Of a DNA stretch of 41,681 bases, positions 17,726-25,201 are shown in pieces. Both the position numbers and the translations under genes were made by a program. The notes under the pieces were generated by a model. That model was given only the letters and a program-made list of their open reading frames with translations, had not been told where the DNA came from and ran no database searches. Position 1 is the first letter of the stretch. Each line of letters starts with the position of its first letter. Origin of the DNA: an uncultured Gammaproteobacteria bacterium (GTDB lineage Bacteria; Patescibacteriota; Patescibacteriia; JAGVFQ01). Where the stretch lies: positions 21,971 to 63,651 of the forward strand of contig CAZFGO010000001.1 in the NCBI GenBank assembly GCA_964518525.1. The letters run 5' to 3'.

Positions 17726-17753
17726 TATATTATTTTTAGTTTGATTTGTCTAA
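17724..17753 (-). promoter_or_regulatory. Promoter of trpS (near-consensus), implying a leaderless mRNA
   Basis: The minus strand reads TAGACA-17 nt-TATAAT. Exactly 7 nt separate the -10 box from the ATG at 17716. Confidence 0.5.
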
Positions 17754-17756
17754 GAG

Positions 17757-17789
17757 GAAAAAATTAAGGGGTAGCTCTGGGGCTACCCC
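17757..17789 (-). terminator. Intrinsic terminator after the Zn-ribbon ORF
   Basis: GGGGTAGC/GCTACCCC 8-bp stem, followed on the minus strand by TTAATTTTTT. Confidence 0.65.
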
Positions 17790-17796
17790 CCTCTCT

Positions 17797-18123
17797 TTAG
17801 TTGCCAAAGCCCCGTGATTTTCTCCGTTTGCTTGGGCAGCGGGGATTGGTGCAAACTAATTTGGGCACTTGGCCAAAGCCCGGTGGTGTTCGTTCGAGAA
17901 GAGTGCCCTGACAGTTAATTTCTGGGCAGGGTTCTCCTTCGTCTCTAGGGATTAATTCTTCGCTACCTGATTTGAGCGCAAGCGCTTCCGCCTCGATTAT
18001 TTGGGCCAGTCGGGCATCGTTTTGGGCGACCGCCTGAGTAAAAGCGTGCCCCAGCTTCATCAGCTTGCCTCTGATCTTGGGATCACTGGTCAGGAAAGTA
18101 GTTATTACTTTTTTCCTCGCCAT
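17797..18123 (-). CDS. Small hypothetical protein with C-terminal Cys4 zinc-ribbon and basic tail
   Basis: It has a strong SD (AAAGGAGG, 7 nt before the ATG). It carries CPEINC...CTNPRC (CX4C-X25-CX4C). I recognise no family. Confidence 0.6.
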   Translation of the reverse strand: MARKKVITTFLTSDPKIRGKLMKLGHAFTQAVAQNDARLAQIIEAEALALKSGSEELIPRDEGEPCPEINCQGTLLERTPPGFGQVPKLVCTNPRCPSKRRKSRGFGN

Positions 18124-18173
18124 ACGTTTACCTCCTTTTGTTTTGGTGCCGTTAGAAAGAACTGATCAAAAAT

Positions 18174-18208
18174 AAAAAATTCCCCGGTAAAGTCCCGGGG
18201 AATTTTTT
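18174..18208 (-). terminator. Strong intrinsic terminator downstream of rnj and upstream of the Zn-ribbon ORF
   Basis: 14-bp stem AAAAAATTCCCCGG/CCGGGGAATTTTTT, a 7-nt loop and a U-run on the minus strand. Confidence 0.8.
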
Positions 18209-18320
18209 GAGATTATTAGTTTTATGAATAACCCAAATTAGGACTTTACCGTGAATCAACGGTTGAAGTCCACCACCAAACACGAACAGCAATTTTAGCA
18301 AGGGTTTTCATAGCAAGGGT

Positions 18321-18348
18321 ATTATAGCAGATTAAAAATTTAACGCAA
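18321..18348 (-). promoter_or_regulatory. Candidate extended -10 promoter just after the rnj stop
   Basis: The minus strand reads TTGCGT-16 nt-(TGc)TATAAT. Confidence 0.35.
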
Positions 18349-18354
18349 GACAGT

Positions 18355-20121
18355 TTAAACTTTGATGATCACTGGCAAAACCATTGGTCGACGCTTGGTT
18401 TGTTTGTAAAGAAATTCACCCACATTATTTCTGATTTTATTTTTTAGATGATCCTCAAAGGCCGGTGATTTTTTATCATGATCTTCGCAGATTTTTTTGA
18501 CTTTGTGACGGGTTTTTTCGATCAGTTCTTTTTGTTCTTTCATATAGACAAAGCCGCGCGAAATAATATCGGGATTACCGATCAGTCGGCCCGTTTTGGT
18601 ATTGATAGTGGCGATGATGACAATCATGCCGTCGGCCGACATGAGCCGACGATCGCGAAGGACGATATTAGAAACATCACCAACACCCAGACCATCAACC
18701 ATAACATAATCGGCTGGCACTCGCTTTTCGGTTAACGTACCTTTGACGCCCAAAGGATCTTTAGGGTCGCGATGGAATTCAACCACTTGGCCATTATCCG
18801 GAACAAAAATGTTTTCCCAGGACAGACCAACTGAGTGAGCCAGTTCGGCATGAGTTTTTAACATATAATGATTGGCGTGAATGGGGATAAAATAATGTGG
18901 TCGGATCAAGCGAATCATTAGTTTTAGGTCCTCTTGTTTTGAATGTCCGCCCGCGTGAACATCCATCAGTTTATAATGAATTATCTTTGCTCCCTTGCGA
19001 GCTAAGGTATCTTTGAGGTTTTGAATAGTTCGTTCATTGCCCGGGATGACCGAGGAAGAAAAAATAACTGTATCGCCATCTTTGATATTCAGGAAGGGAT
19101 GTTCGTCATTGGCCAGACGAACCAGAAAAGCGTTTCTTTCTCCCTGGGCGCCGGAGCCGAGGAGAACGAGTTTGTTGTCGGGCAGTTTATTAACTTCTTC
19201 TTTTTCAATAATGGTGCCTGGTTTAACTTTGAGATAACCCATCTTATGGGCAATTTCGATGTTAGAAGTCATACTCCGGCCTTCGGTATAGACTCGGCGA
19301 TCGAATTTTTCAGCTAGAGTAATAATTTGTTGCACCCGCGAGAGTAGCGAAGCAAAGGTACCAATAATCAAGCGACCCGTGGCTTGTTCAAAAATCCTTT
19401 CCATTTCTTCCATTACTTGAGATTCGGAGATTTGATAGCCCGCTTCTTCGGCATTGGTGCTGTCAGACATCAGAAGTAGGACACCGCGTCCGCCGATTTG
19501 AGCAATGCGATTAAGATCGGCCGGCTGATCATTAACCGGACTGTGATCAATTTTGAAATCGCCGGTGTGGACCACAGTGCCGAGCGGAGTTTGAACCGCC
19601 ACGCCAAAGCTATCCGGAATGTTATGGTTGACACGGAAGAATTCAACATTGAAACTATTACCTAATCTTATTTTAGTGTGGGAATCAATAACTTGGATGT
19701 TTAATTTTGGCGCGTCACGATATTCTTCTTGGCGTTTAGCGATAATACCAGAACTCAGTTGGCCAGTATAAATAGTGGGATTGCCTAGCTTGGGAATTAA
19801 ATGGGGAATGCCACCAATGTGGTCATAGTGGGCGTGGGTGATGATCACTCCTTTGATGTTTTTTTCTTTTCCTTGAAAATAAGAAATGTTAGGAATGATA
19901 TAATCGATCCCGGGCATGTCTTCTTCCGGGAATTGCAGGCCCATGTCAATGATAATAATATCGTCGCCATATTCTAGAAAGGTCATATTCCGACCGACTT
20001 CTTCCAAGCCGCCTAAAACTACGACCCTGAGAATTCCGCTGCCTTCGCCTCGTCGAATCGAAACGTTGGTGACTTTTTGCCGACCGCGATGCTTGTAAGT
20101 TGTTTTCTTGTAATACATCAT
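18355..20121 (-). CDS. rnj: Ribonuclease J (metallo-beta-lactamase/beta-CASP RNase)
   Basis: HAHYDHIGG metal motif, a beta-CASP region and a C-terminal domain. The size is 588 aa with a short basic N-terminal extension. Confidence 0.9.
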   Translation of the reverse strand: MMYYKKTTYKHRGRQKVTNVSIRRGEGSGILRVVVLGGLEEVGRNMTFLEYGDDIIIIDMGLQFPEEDMPGIDYIIPNISYFQGKEKNIKGVIITHAHYDHIGGIPHLIPKLGNPTIYTGQLSSGIIAKRQEEYRDAPKLNIQVIDSHTKIRLGNSFNVEFFRVNHNIPDSFGVAVQTPLGTVVHTGDFKIDHSPVNDQPADLNRIAQIGGRGVLLLMSDSTNAEEAGYQISESQVMEEMERIFEQATGRLIIGTFASLLSRVQQIITLAEKFDRRVYTEGRSMTSNIEIAHKMGYLKVKPGTIIEKEEVNKLPDNKLVLLGSGAQGERNAFLVRLANDEHPFLNIKDGDTVIFSSSVIPGNERTIQNLKDTLARKGAKIIHYKLMDVHAGGHSKQEDLKLMIRLIRPHYFIPIHANHYMLKTHAELAHSVGLSWENIFVPDNGQVVEFHRDPKDPLGVKGTLTEKRVPADYVMVDGLGVGDVSNIVLRDRRLMSADGMIVIIATINTKTGRLIGNPDIISRGFVYMKEQKELIEKTRHKVKKICEDHDKKSPAFEDHLKNKIRNNVGEFLYKQTKRRPMVLPVIIKV

Positions 20122-20227
20122 AATAACCCGGCCGCCACGAGAGCGGCTTTTAAATTTAATTAATTATTTTAGAGAATTGAGATTAAAAGTTATTACGAGA
20201 CCAGCTGAACTTATTTTAGGTTTAAGT

Positions 20228-20443
20228 TCAGCGGCCGAATCTTTCAAGAGCAAATTTTGTCCGAGCCATTATCTGATTTTTATTCGTGACATCGACCTCC
20301 TTGGCTAAGGCATTTAATTCAAGGCCTACTTCTTAGAGTTCATCTTTGGTTTTAGAGTTCAAAGCTAACTGAGCTAATTTTAGCCAGCGATTTACCCAAA
20401 CCACAGCTCGGGCCAGTGATCACAATCACTTTTTTAATTCCAT
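20228..20443 (-). pseudogene. Decayed short-chain dehydrogenase/reductase (SDR) N-terminal remnant
   Basis: The minus strand translates to MELKKVIVITGPSCGLGKSLAKISSVSFEL*, a TGxxxGxG Rossmann motif. After a frame break it continues EVGLELNALAKEVDVTNKNQIMARTKFALERFGR*, the DVT..FG motif region. Stops and truncation interrupt it. Confidence 0.55.
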
Positions 20444-20493
20444 CTATTATTTATACTTCTTTGTATTTGGTTAGATGTAAAATCTAACTGCGT

Positions 20494-21093
20494 TTAAATT
20501 TTACCAACCAGATTAACGCCCGGCTTTAAAGTTTTGGCCCCGGGCTGCCATTCAGCGGGGCAAACCTCACCGCCATGGGTGCGCACAAATTTAGCCGCTT
20601 GAAGTTTTCGCAGCAGTTCTTTAGCGCTGCGACCAATTGAATTATTATGAACCTCATAAGCCTTGATTAGACCGTCCGGATCAATGACGAAACTGGCACG
20701 CAAAGCTACGCCTTCTTTGGCTAGATAAACGCCGAGCTGACTCGAGAGTTCGGCCGTCGGGTCAGCCAGCATTGGGAATTTTATTTTGGCCACGGACGGC
20801 GAATATTCATGCCAAACTTTATGAACAAATTCGGTATCCGTGCTGACACTTAGAATTTCCGCCCCTTCTTTTTCGAATTCAGAATAATGGTCAGCCAGAT
20901 CGGCCAGTTCGGTTGGGCAAATAAAAGTGAAATCAGCCGGATAGAAGAAAAGGATTAACCATTTACCCCGATAATCAGCCGGTGAAATTTCTTTGAAGTT
21001 TTTATTATAATAGGCCTTAAGTTTAAGTTCGGGAACTTTTTGATCAATCAAGGGTAAATTGATTGATGAGCCCGGAGTATTGTTTGATTCCAT
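20494..21093 (-). CDS. 2-Cys peroxiredoxin (AhpC/Prx1 family)
   Basis: FFYPADFTFICPTE (peroxidatic Cys) and GEVCPAEW (resolving Cys). Confidence 0.9.
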   Translation of the reverse strand: MESNNTPGSSINLPLIDQKVPELKLKAYYNKNFKEISPADYRGKWLILFFYPADFTFICPTELADLADHYSEFEKEGAEILSVSTDTEFVHKVWHEYSPSVAKIKFPMLADPTAELSSQLGVYLAKEGVALRASFVIDPDGLIKAYEVHNNSIGRSAKELLRKLQAAKFVRTHGGEVCPAEWQPGAKTLKPGVNLVGKI

Positions 21094-21193
21094 AGGTTTA
21101 GTATTAATAATTAAATAGTTTAAGAGCGATCCAAACCATTAAAGGAAGGTTTAGATCATCTGACCTGGCGGCAATCCGGCCGCCAGGGCCCAG

Positions 21194-21275
21194 TGCCGAT
21201 GGTGGGATTTGAACCCACAAGCCTTGCGGCACACGGCCCTGAACCGTGCGTGTTTGCCAATTTCACCACATCGGC
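21194..21275 (-). tRNA. tRNA-Leu (anticodon CAG), type II with long variable arm
   Basis: The cloverleaf was folded by hand. Acceptor stem GCCGATG/CATCGGC plus discriminator A. Anticodon stem CACGG/CCGTG with loop TTCAGGG. Variable arm GCC-GCAA-GGC. T arm GTGGG-TTCAAAT-CCCAC. CCA is not encoded. Confidence 0.88.
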
Positions 21276-21408
21276 TTTAAGCCCTGGCGGTGGCAGTTTT
21301 AGTAAGGTTAATTAATAAGGTAAGACCTTCACTCTCTAGTGTTGGCTTTAATTTATTCTCGGAGGACGATTCTTAAGTTGAAATGAATTTGAGGCAAAAG
21401 GCAATTTA

Positions 21409-23274
21409 TTATTTCCAGGCTAGTTTGGTATTGAGATACCAATTTTCAATACCGATAAAGCGATCGGACGGTATAATAATCCGTTTCAATTCGATGCCTC
21501 TGATTTTATCGGTAGCCACATAGGTATAGATCGGATTATAAAGAAAGATCGCTGGTACTTCTTCGGCAAGAATATTCTGGAATTCTAGATATTTAGTTTT
21601 CTTTACTTCAGGATCATTAGTTTTTCGAGCATCTTCGAGGAGTTGGTCAACACGGCGATTGAGAATCGCCGCTAAGTTTAAGCCGGGATCGCGGACCTGA
21701 GAAGAATGCCAAAAAGGAAAGGGATCGGGATCGGAACCAATGATTTCACTGTAAAGCAGGATGTTATAATTTCTCGGCTTGATGATTTCCTTTCGGATTA
21801 GGTTTACTGGTACAACTTGTAGATTAATTTTAATACCTAGTCCTTCCCAATTTTTTTTAATTAATTCGAGCACCCGATAATTTTCTGGTTGGTCAACCGT
21901 AGTTAAAGTGATTTCTAAATTTTTGTCTTTATTTTTCCTTAAGCCAGACTCTAGTTTCCAGCCGGCTCGGTCCAAAAGGTCGCCAGCGGTTTTGGGATCG
22001 TAATTATATTGTTTAATGTCGGGATTGAATCCTAAAAAGCCAGGCAGGATCGGTCCATTAACAATTCGTCCCTCGCCCTTTAGAATTTCATCGATCATTT
22101 TTTGCCGATCAATGCCATAAGCCAATGCTTGTCGAACAGTTTTATCTTTTAAGGCGTCGTTATTTTTGGGATTGAAAAATAGGGCAGTGTATTCAGGCAG
22201 TTCAAATGAATAGTAGGCCAAGCCTTTGGTTTTGATTGTTCCTTCGAATTCTTTAGGTAAGAAATTTAAGCCGTCAATTTCTTTACCTTTTAAAGCTTGA
22301 ACGGCGCTTTTAAAATCCGGATAAAATTTAAAAGTGATTTTTTTTAAATAGGGCTTAGTTCCGTAATAAGATTCATTTCTAATAAAACTATAAGAAATTA
22401 TTTGGCCCAGCCGGTCTTTGGTTAAAGATTTGAATTGAAATAAGCCGCTGCCAACCGGTTTCTGATTGTACTCGGCCAGATTGGCATTGATCGGGGCGAT
22501 CTCAGACCAGAGGTGCTTGGGCAAAATTCCAAAAGTGAGATTATTGAGAAATGGTTCGTAGGGTTCGGGAAGAGTGAATTTAATAGTATAATCATCAACT
22601 TTTTCTAGCTTAACGCCACGAAATTCAGGCGCCAGCGGGCTATGAAAGTCGGGATTTTGGATGCCCTCAAAGGTGAAGACGACATCATCCGCGTTGAGAT
22701 TTTCACCGTCGTTCCATTTGACGCTCTTACGAAGCGAGACAGTGTAGATTTTTTGGTCCTGGCTTAGATTATAAGCAGTAGCCAGATCCGGCACCAGCGT
22801 TAAATTTTTATCGCGGCGGAAAAGTCCAGAGAAAACCAGACTGGAAATATCCAGATCAACGTCATTGGCCGGGGCGAGGAGAGGGTTCAGATAGCGGGGT
22901 GAACCCACCAGGCCCTCGGTGTATTCGCCGCCTTCGGCCGGCACGGTCACCACGTGATTGAGATAAAGGTTGACACCAATAAAAATCAAACTGAGGGTAA
23001 CGATCAGACTTAAAACCTTTATTATTCTAGTCTCGGTTTTTGAAAGAAAGCGGTTGAGATATTTTAATTGTTTGAGACTAGGCAGCCGAGTTTGGTTCAG
23101 CGAGAGAGCCAATTTTTTATCAAGATTGCTTTTTCGGGCCTCGGCCACGGAACGTAATCTGTTGAGGAGTGATTTTAATTGTTCCGTCTTCCTGATCTTA
23201 TCTAAAATTAACTCTTTTGATTTTAGATAAAGACCGCGGATTTTTTCAATAAAATTTTTGAAATAATCAACCAC
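21409..23274 (-). CDS. ABC transporter substrate-binding protein, family 5 (peptide/nickel, OppA/DppA-like), membrane-anchored
   Basis: The SBP_bac_5-like core has motifs such as VKWNDGENLNADDVVFTF. A roughly 110-aa N-terminal extension contains one TM helix. No permease or ATPase genes are adjacent. Confidence 0.75.
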   Translation of the reverse strand: MVDYFKNFIEKIRGLYLKSKELILDKIRKTEQLKSLLNRLRSVAEARKSNLDKKLALSLNQTRLPSLKQLKYLNRFLSKTETRIIKVLSLIVTLSLIFIGVNLYLNHVVTVPAEGGEYTEGLVGSPRYLNPLLAPANDVDLDISSLVFSGLFRRDKNLTLVPDLATAYNLSQDQKIYTVSLRKSVKWNDGENLNADDVVFTFEGIQNPDFHSPLAPEFRGVKLEKVDDYTIKFTLPEPYEPFLNNLTFGILPKHLWSEIAPINANLAEYNQKPVGSGLFQFKSLTKDRLGQIISYSFIRNESYYGTKPYLKKITFKFYPDFKSAVQALKGKEIDGLNFLPKEFEGTIKTKGLAYYSFELPEYTALFFNPKNNDALKDKTVRQALAYGIDRQKMIDEILKGEGRIVNGPILPGFLGFNPDIKQYNYDPKTAGDLLDRAGWKLESGLRKNKDKNLEITLTTVDQPENYRVLELIKKNWEGLGIKINLQVVPVNLIRKEIIKPRNYNILLYSEIIGSDPDPFPFWHSSQVRDPGLNLAAILNRRVDQLLEDARKTNDPEVKKTKYLEFQNILAEEVPAIFLYNPIYTYVATDKIRGIELKRIIIPSDRFIGIENWYLNTKLAWK

Positions 23275-23311
23275 AAAAACAATTAAATTATTTTTGTCGT
23301 ATCAATGTTTC

Positions 23312-23527
23312 TTAGACAATCAGATTAGCCAGAGCTGTTCCCAAAAATATAATCGAGAGAATAATAGTCAAAATGAAGAGAAATTTTTCTACACCCCTTT
23401 TAGTCTGATAGATTTCGCCGCCGCCACCAAAAACTCCACCTAAACCAGCGCCTCGTTGCTGAAGAACGATGGCGATAATTAAAAGAAGGGAAACGATTAT
23501 TTGAATAAGATTAATTGCCGTAGTCAT
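23312..23527 (-). CDS. secG: Preprotein translocase subunit SecG
   Basis: 71 aa with two TM helices and the LQQRGAGLGGVFGGG glycine-rich loop. Confidence 0.85.
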   Translation of the reverse strand: MTTAINLIQIIVSLLLIIAIVLQQRGAGLGGVFGGGGEIYQTKRGVEKFLFILTIILSIIFLGTALANLIV

Positions 23528-23576
23528 ATTCGAGCAGCGCTTCTTTTTGGTTTATAGATAAAGATTTATTAATTAA

Positions 23577-23605
23577 AAGATATCATGAGAAAAATCCACT
23601 GTCAA
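23577..23605 (-). promoter_or_regulatory. Candidate promoter of secG
   Basis: The minus strand reads TTGACA-17 nt-TATCTT. Confidence 0.4.
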
Positions 23606-23637
23606 GGCTAGTCCAGGATTACTTCTCGTCTTGAACG

Positions 23638-23646
23638 TGTTATAAT
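23638..23646 (+). promoter_or_regulatory. Extended -10 element (TGtTATAAT) 6 nt before the DsbA-like ATG
   Basis: Read directly. There is no SD and only AATCTT between the -10 box and the ATG at 23653, which suggests a leaderless transcript. Confidence 0.4.
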
Positions 23647-23652
23647 AATCTT

Positions 23653-24426
23653 ATGAATGATTTTTTTGAAACCAATCCTGGTCGAGCAGTGTTAAAGAAA
23701 CGCTGGTATCAACGTCGGGGTTATTGGTTGCTGATTATTCTAGCCGCTATCATTCTTGCTGTTATTTTAGTTTTTGGTTTTAAAGTCTTGAGGTTAGCGC
23801 GGCAGATCAACCAGGGCGAGATAGTTCTGCCGAGTAATTTTACCGCCAGTCGATCTTTGGTCCAGAATAACTCTAACTCAATTCAAAAAGTTGATGTTGA
23901 TTCAAGCGATGACCCTTCGCTCGGGTCCAAAGACGCCCTGGTTACCATTGTTGAATTTTCAGACTTTGAATGTCCTCATTCCCGCCAGGCCTTTCCCATA
24001 GTTCAAGAGATGCTTAATCTCTATGGCGATAAAATCCGTTTCGTTTATCGGGATTTTCCGGTTTCGGATGTTCATGACAACGCCGAGAAAGCAGCCGAGG
24101 CAGCTCGCTGCGCCAGCGATCAAAGGAAGTTCTGGCTCTATCATGATAAGTTGTTTCTGAATCAAGACAATTTGAGTATTAATGATCTCAAGTCTTACGC
24201 CAGCGATCTGAAGTTGGATCAGGATCAGTTTAATTCTTGTCTTGATTCGGGCAAGTACGAAGATCAAGTTAAGCAAGATTTTAATGATGGCGTTTTGGCC
24301 GGCGTGAGGGGAACGCCTACTTGGTTTATCGACGGAGTCAAGGTTGAGGGAGTTATTCCGGCTGATGTTTTTAAGCAAATTATTGATCAACAAATTCAAA
24401 TTAAGCAGGGATTAAAAAGAAATTAG
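23653..24426 (+). CDS. DsbA/thioredoxin-fold protein, membrane-anchored, with a CPHS (CXXS) active-site motif
   Basis: N-terminal TM helix (WLLIILAAIILAVILVFGF). Thioredoxin_4-like core: VEFSDFECPHSRQ, KFWLYHDKLF and GTPTWFIDG. Confidence 0.75.
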   Translation: MNDFFETNPGRAVLKKRWYQRRGYWLLIILAAIILAVILVFGFKVLRLARQINQGEIVLPSNFTASRSLVQNNSNSIQKVDVDSSDDPSLGSKDALVTIVEFSDFECPHSRQAFPIVQEMLNLYGDKIRFVYRDFPVSDVHDNAEKAAEAARCASDQRKFWLYHDKLFLNQDNLSINDLKSYASDLKLDQDQFNSCLDSGKYEDQVKQDFNDGVLAGVRGTPTWFIDGVKVEGVIPADVFKQIIDQQIQIKQGLKRN

Positions 24427-24452
24427 CTAAATACCTAGTCCGAGATCGGTTC

Positions 24453-24481
24453 TTGACAAATTTTTGATGGCCAAATATAAT
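24453..24481 (+). promoter_or_regulatory. Perfect consensus sigma70 promoter for the 211-aa orphan gene
   Basis: TTGACA (24453-24458), a 17-nt spacer, then TATAAT (24476-24481). A 5'-UTR hairpin follows (about 24483-24509). AAGGAGG (24537-24543) lies 9 nt before the ATG. Confidence 0.6.
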
Positions 24482-24552
24482 AAGGAAACGCTCAGAATAA
24501 ACGTTCCTTCAAAAAACCAACCAACTATAGCAAGACAAGGAGGTATTAACCG

Positions 24553-25188
24553 ATGCATTATCGCGTATCGGCTGTACTCCCGGGAATCAAAGAAGAATTG
24601 AGGGGTCGGGGTGTTAACTTTTCAAAAACCCACACCTATATTAGGTGTGATGTAGTTTGGGGAAAAATCGACCACGAGACTGGCACCAAAATTGGTCAAG
24701 TGACGCCAGTAGTTCCTGACCTTTACCCCCAATCATTTCGAATCATTGTGGAATGCCAACCAGCCAAGGAGACGGTTTTGGTGGTGGTTGATGGCCGACA
24801 GGAGTTGCCTTATTCCCTAAATCCGGAAACCATCCGTTTCAGTATTCGGCATGGCCAGGTAATAAATTTTTATGGCCCCAATGGTAATGAGGTGCGGATA
24901 CGGGAGCTCAGCATTCAGTTCCTCAGAGACAATGTAGTTGAAATTAGGCGAGAAAACCTATATAAGGGTTTCTTGCCTTTTGACCGAGGTGGCGAATCGG
25001 TAAGGGTGGCTCTGCCGCCGGCACTTCAGAATCTGGCTGGGTTACTGATGGACGGGTACCAGAGGGAACAGAAAAGATTGGCGAAAGAACAGGATGGCGC
25101 TCTGGCGCCGGCTAGCAGTAGCGAGGGCGGCCAGTTGCCGAGGTCAAAAGGAAAAGGATTACGCTCCTTTTTTCATCTTCTCCGATAA
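24553..25188 (+). CDS. Hypothetical protein, no recognisable family; beta-rich core with a disordered basic C-terminal tail
   Basis: A long ORF with an excellent promoter, SD and terminator. No TM helix or signal peptide is apparent. Confidence 0.6.
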   Translation: MHYRVSAVLPGIKEELRGRGVNFSKTHTYIRCDVVWGKIDHETGTKIGQVTPVVPDLYPQSFRIIVECQPAKETVLVVVDGRQELPYSLNPETIRFSIRHGQVINFYGPNGNEVRIRELSIQFLRDNVVEIRRENLYKGFLPFDRGGESVRVALPPALQNLAGLLMDGYQREQKRLAKEQDGALAPASSSEGGQLPRSKGKGLRSFFHLLR

Positions 25189-25201
25189 AAATAGACCGAA
25201 G

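Noticed and set aside
17726-18354. Possibility that the structured leader is a T-box riboswitch for trpS.
   Set aside because: No T-box consensus (GGGUGGNACCGCG-like) is present. The leader is too short for Stem I plus a specifier loop. A separate ORF, terminator and near-consensus promoter lie between the leader and trpS.
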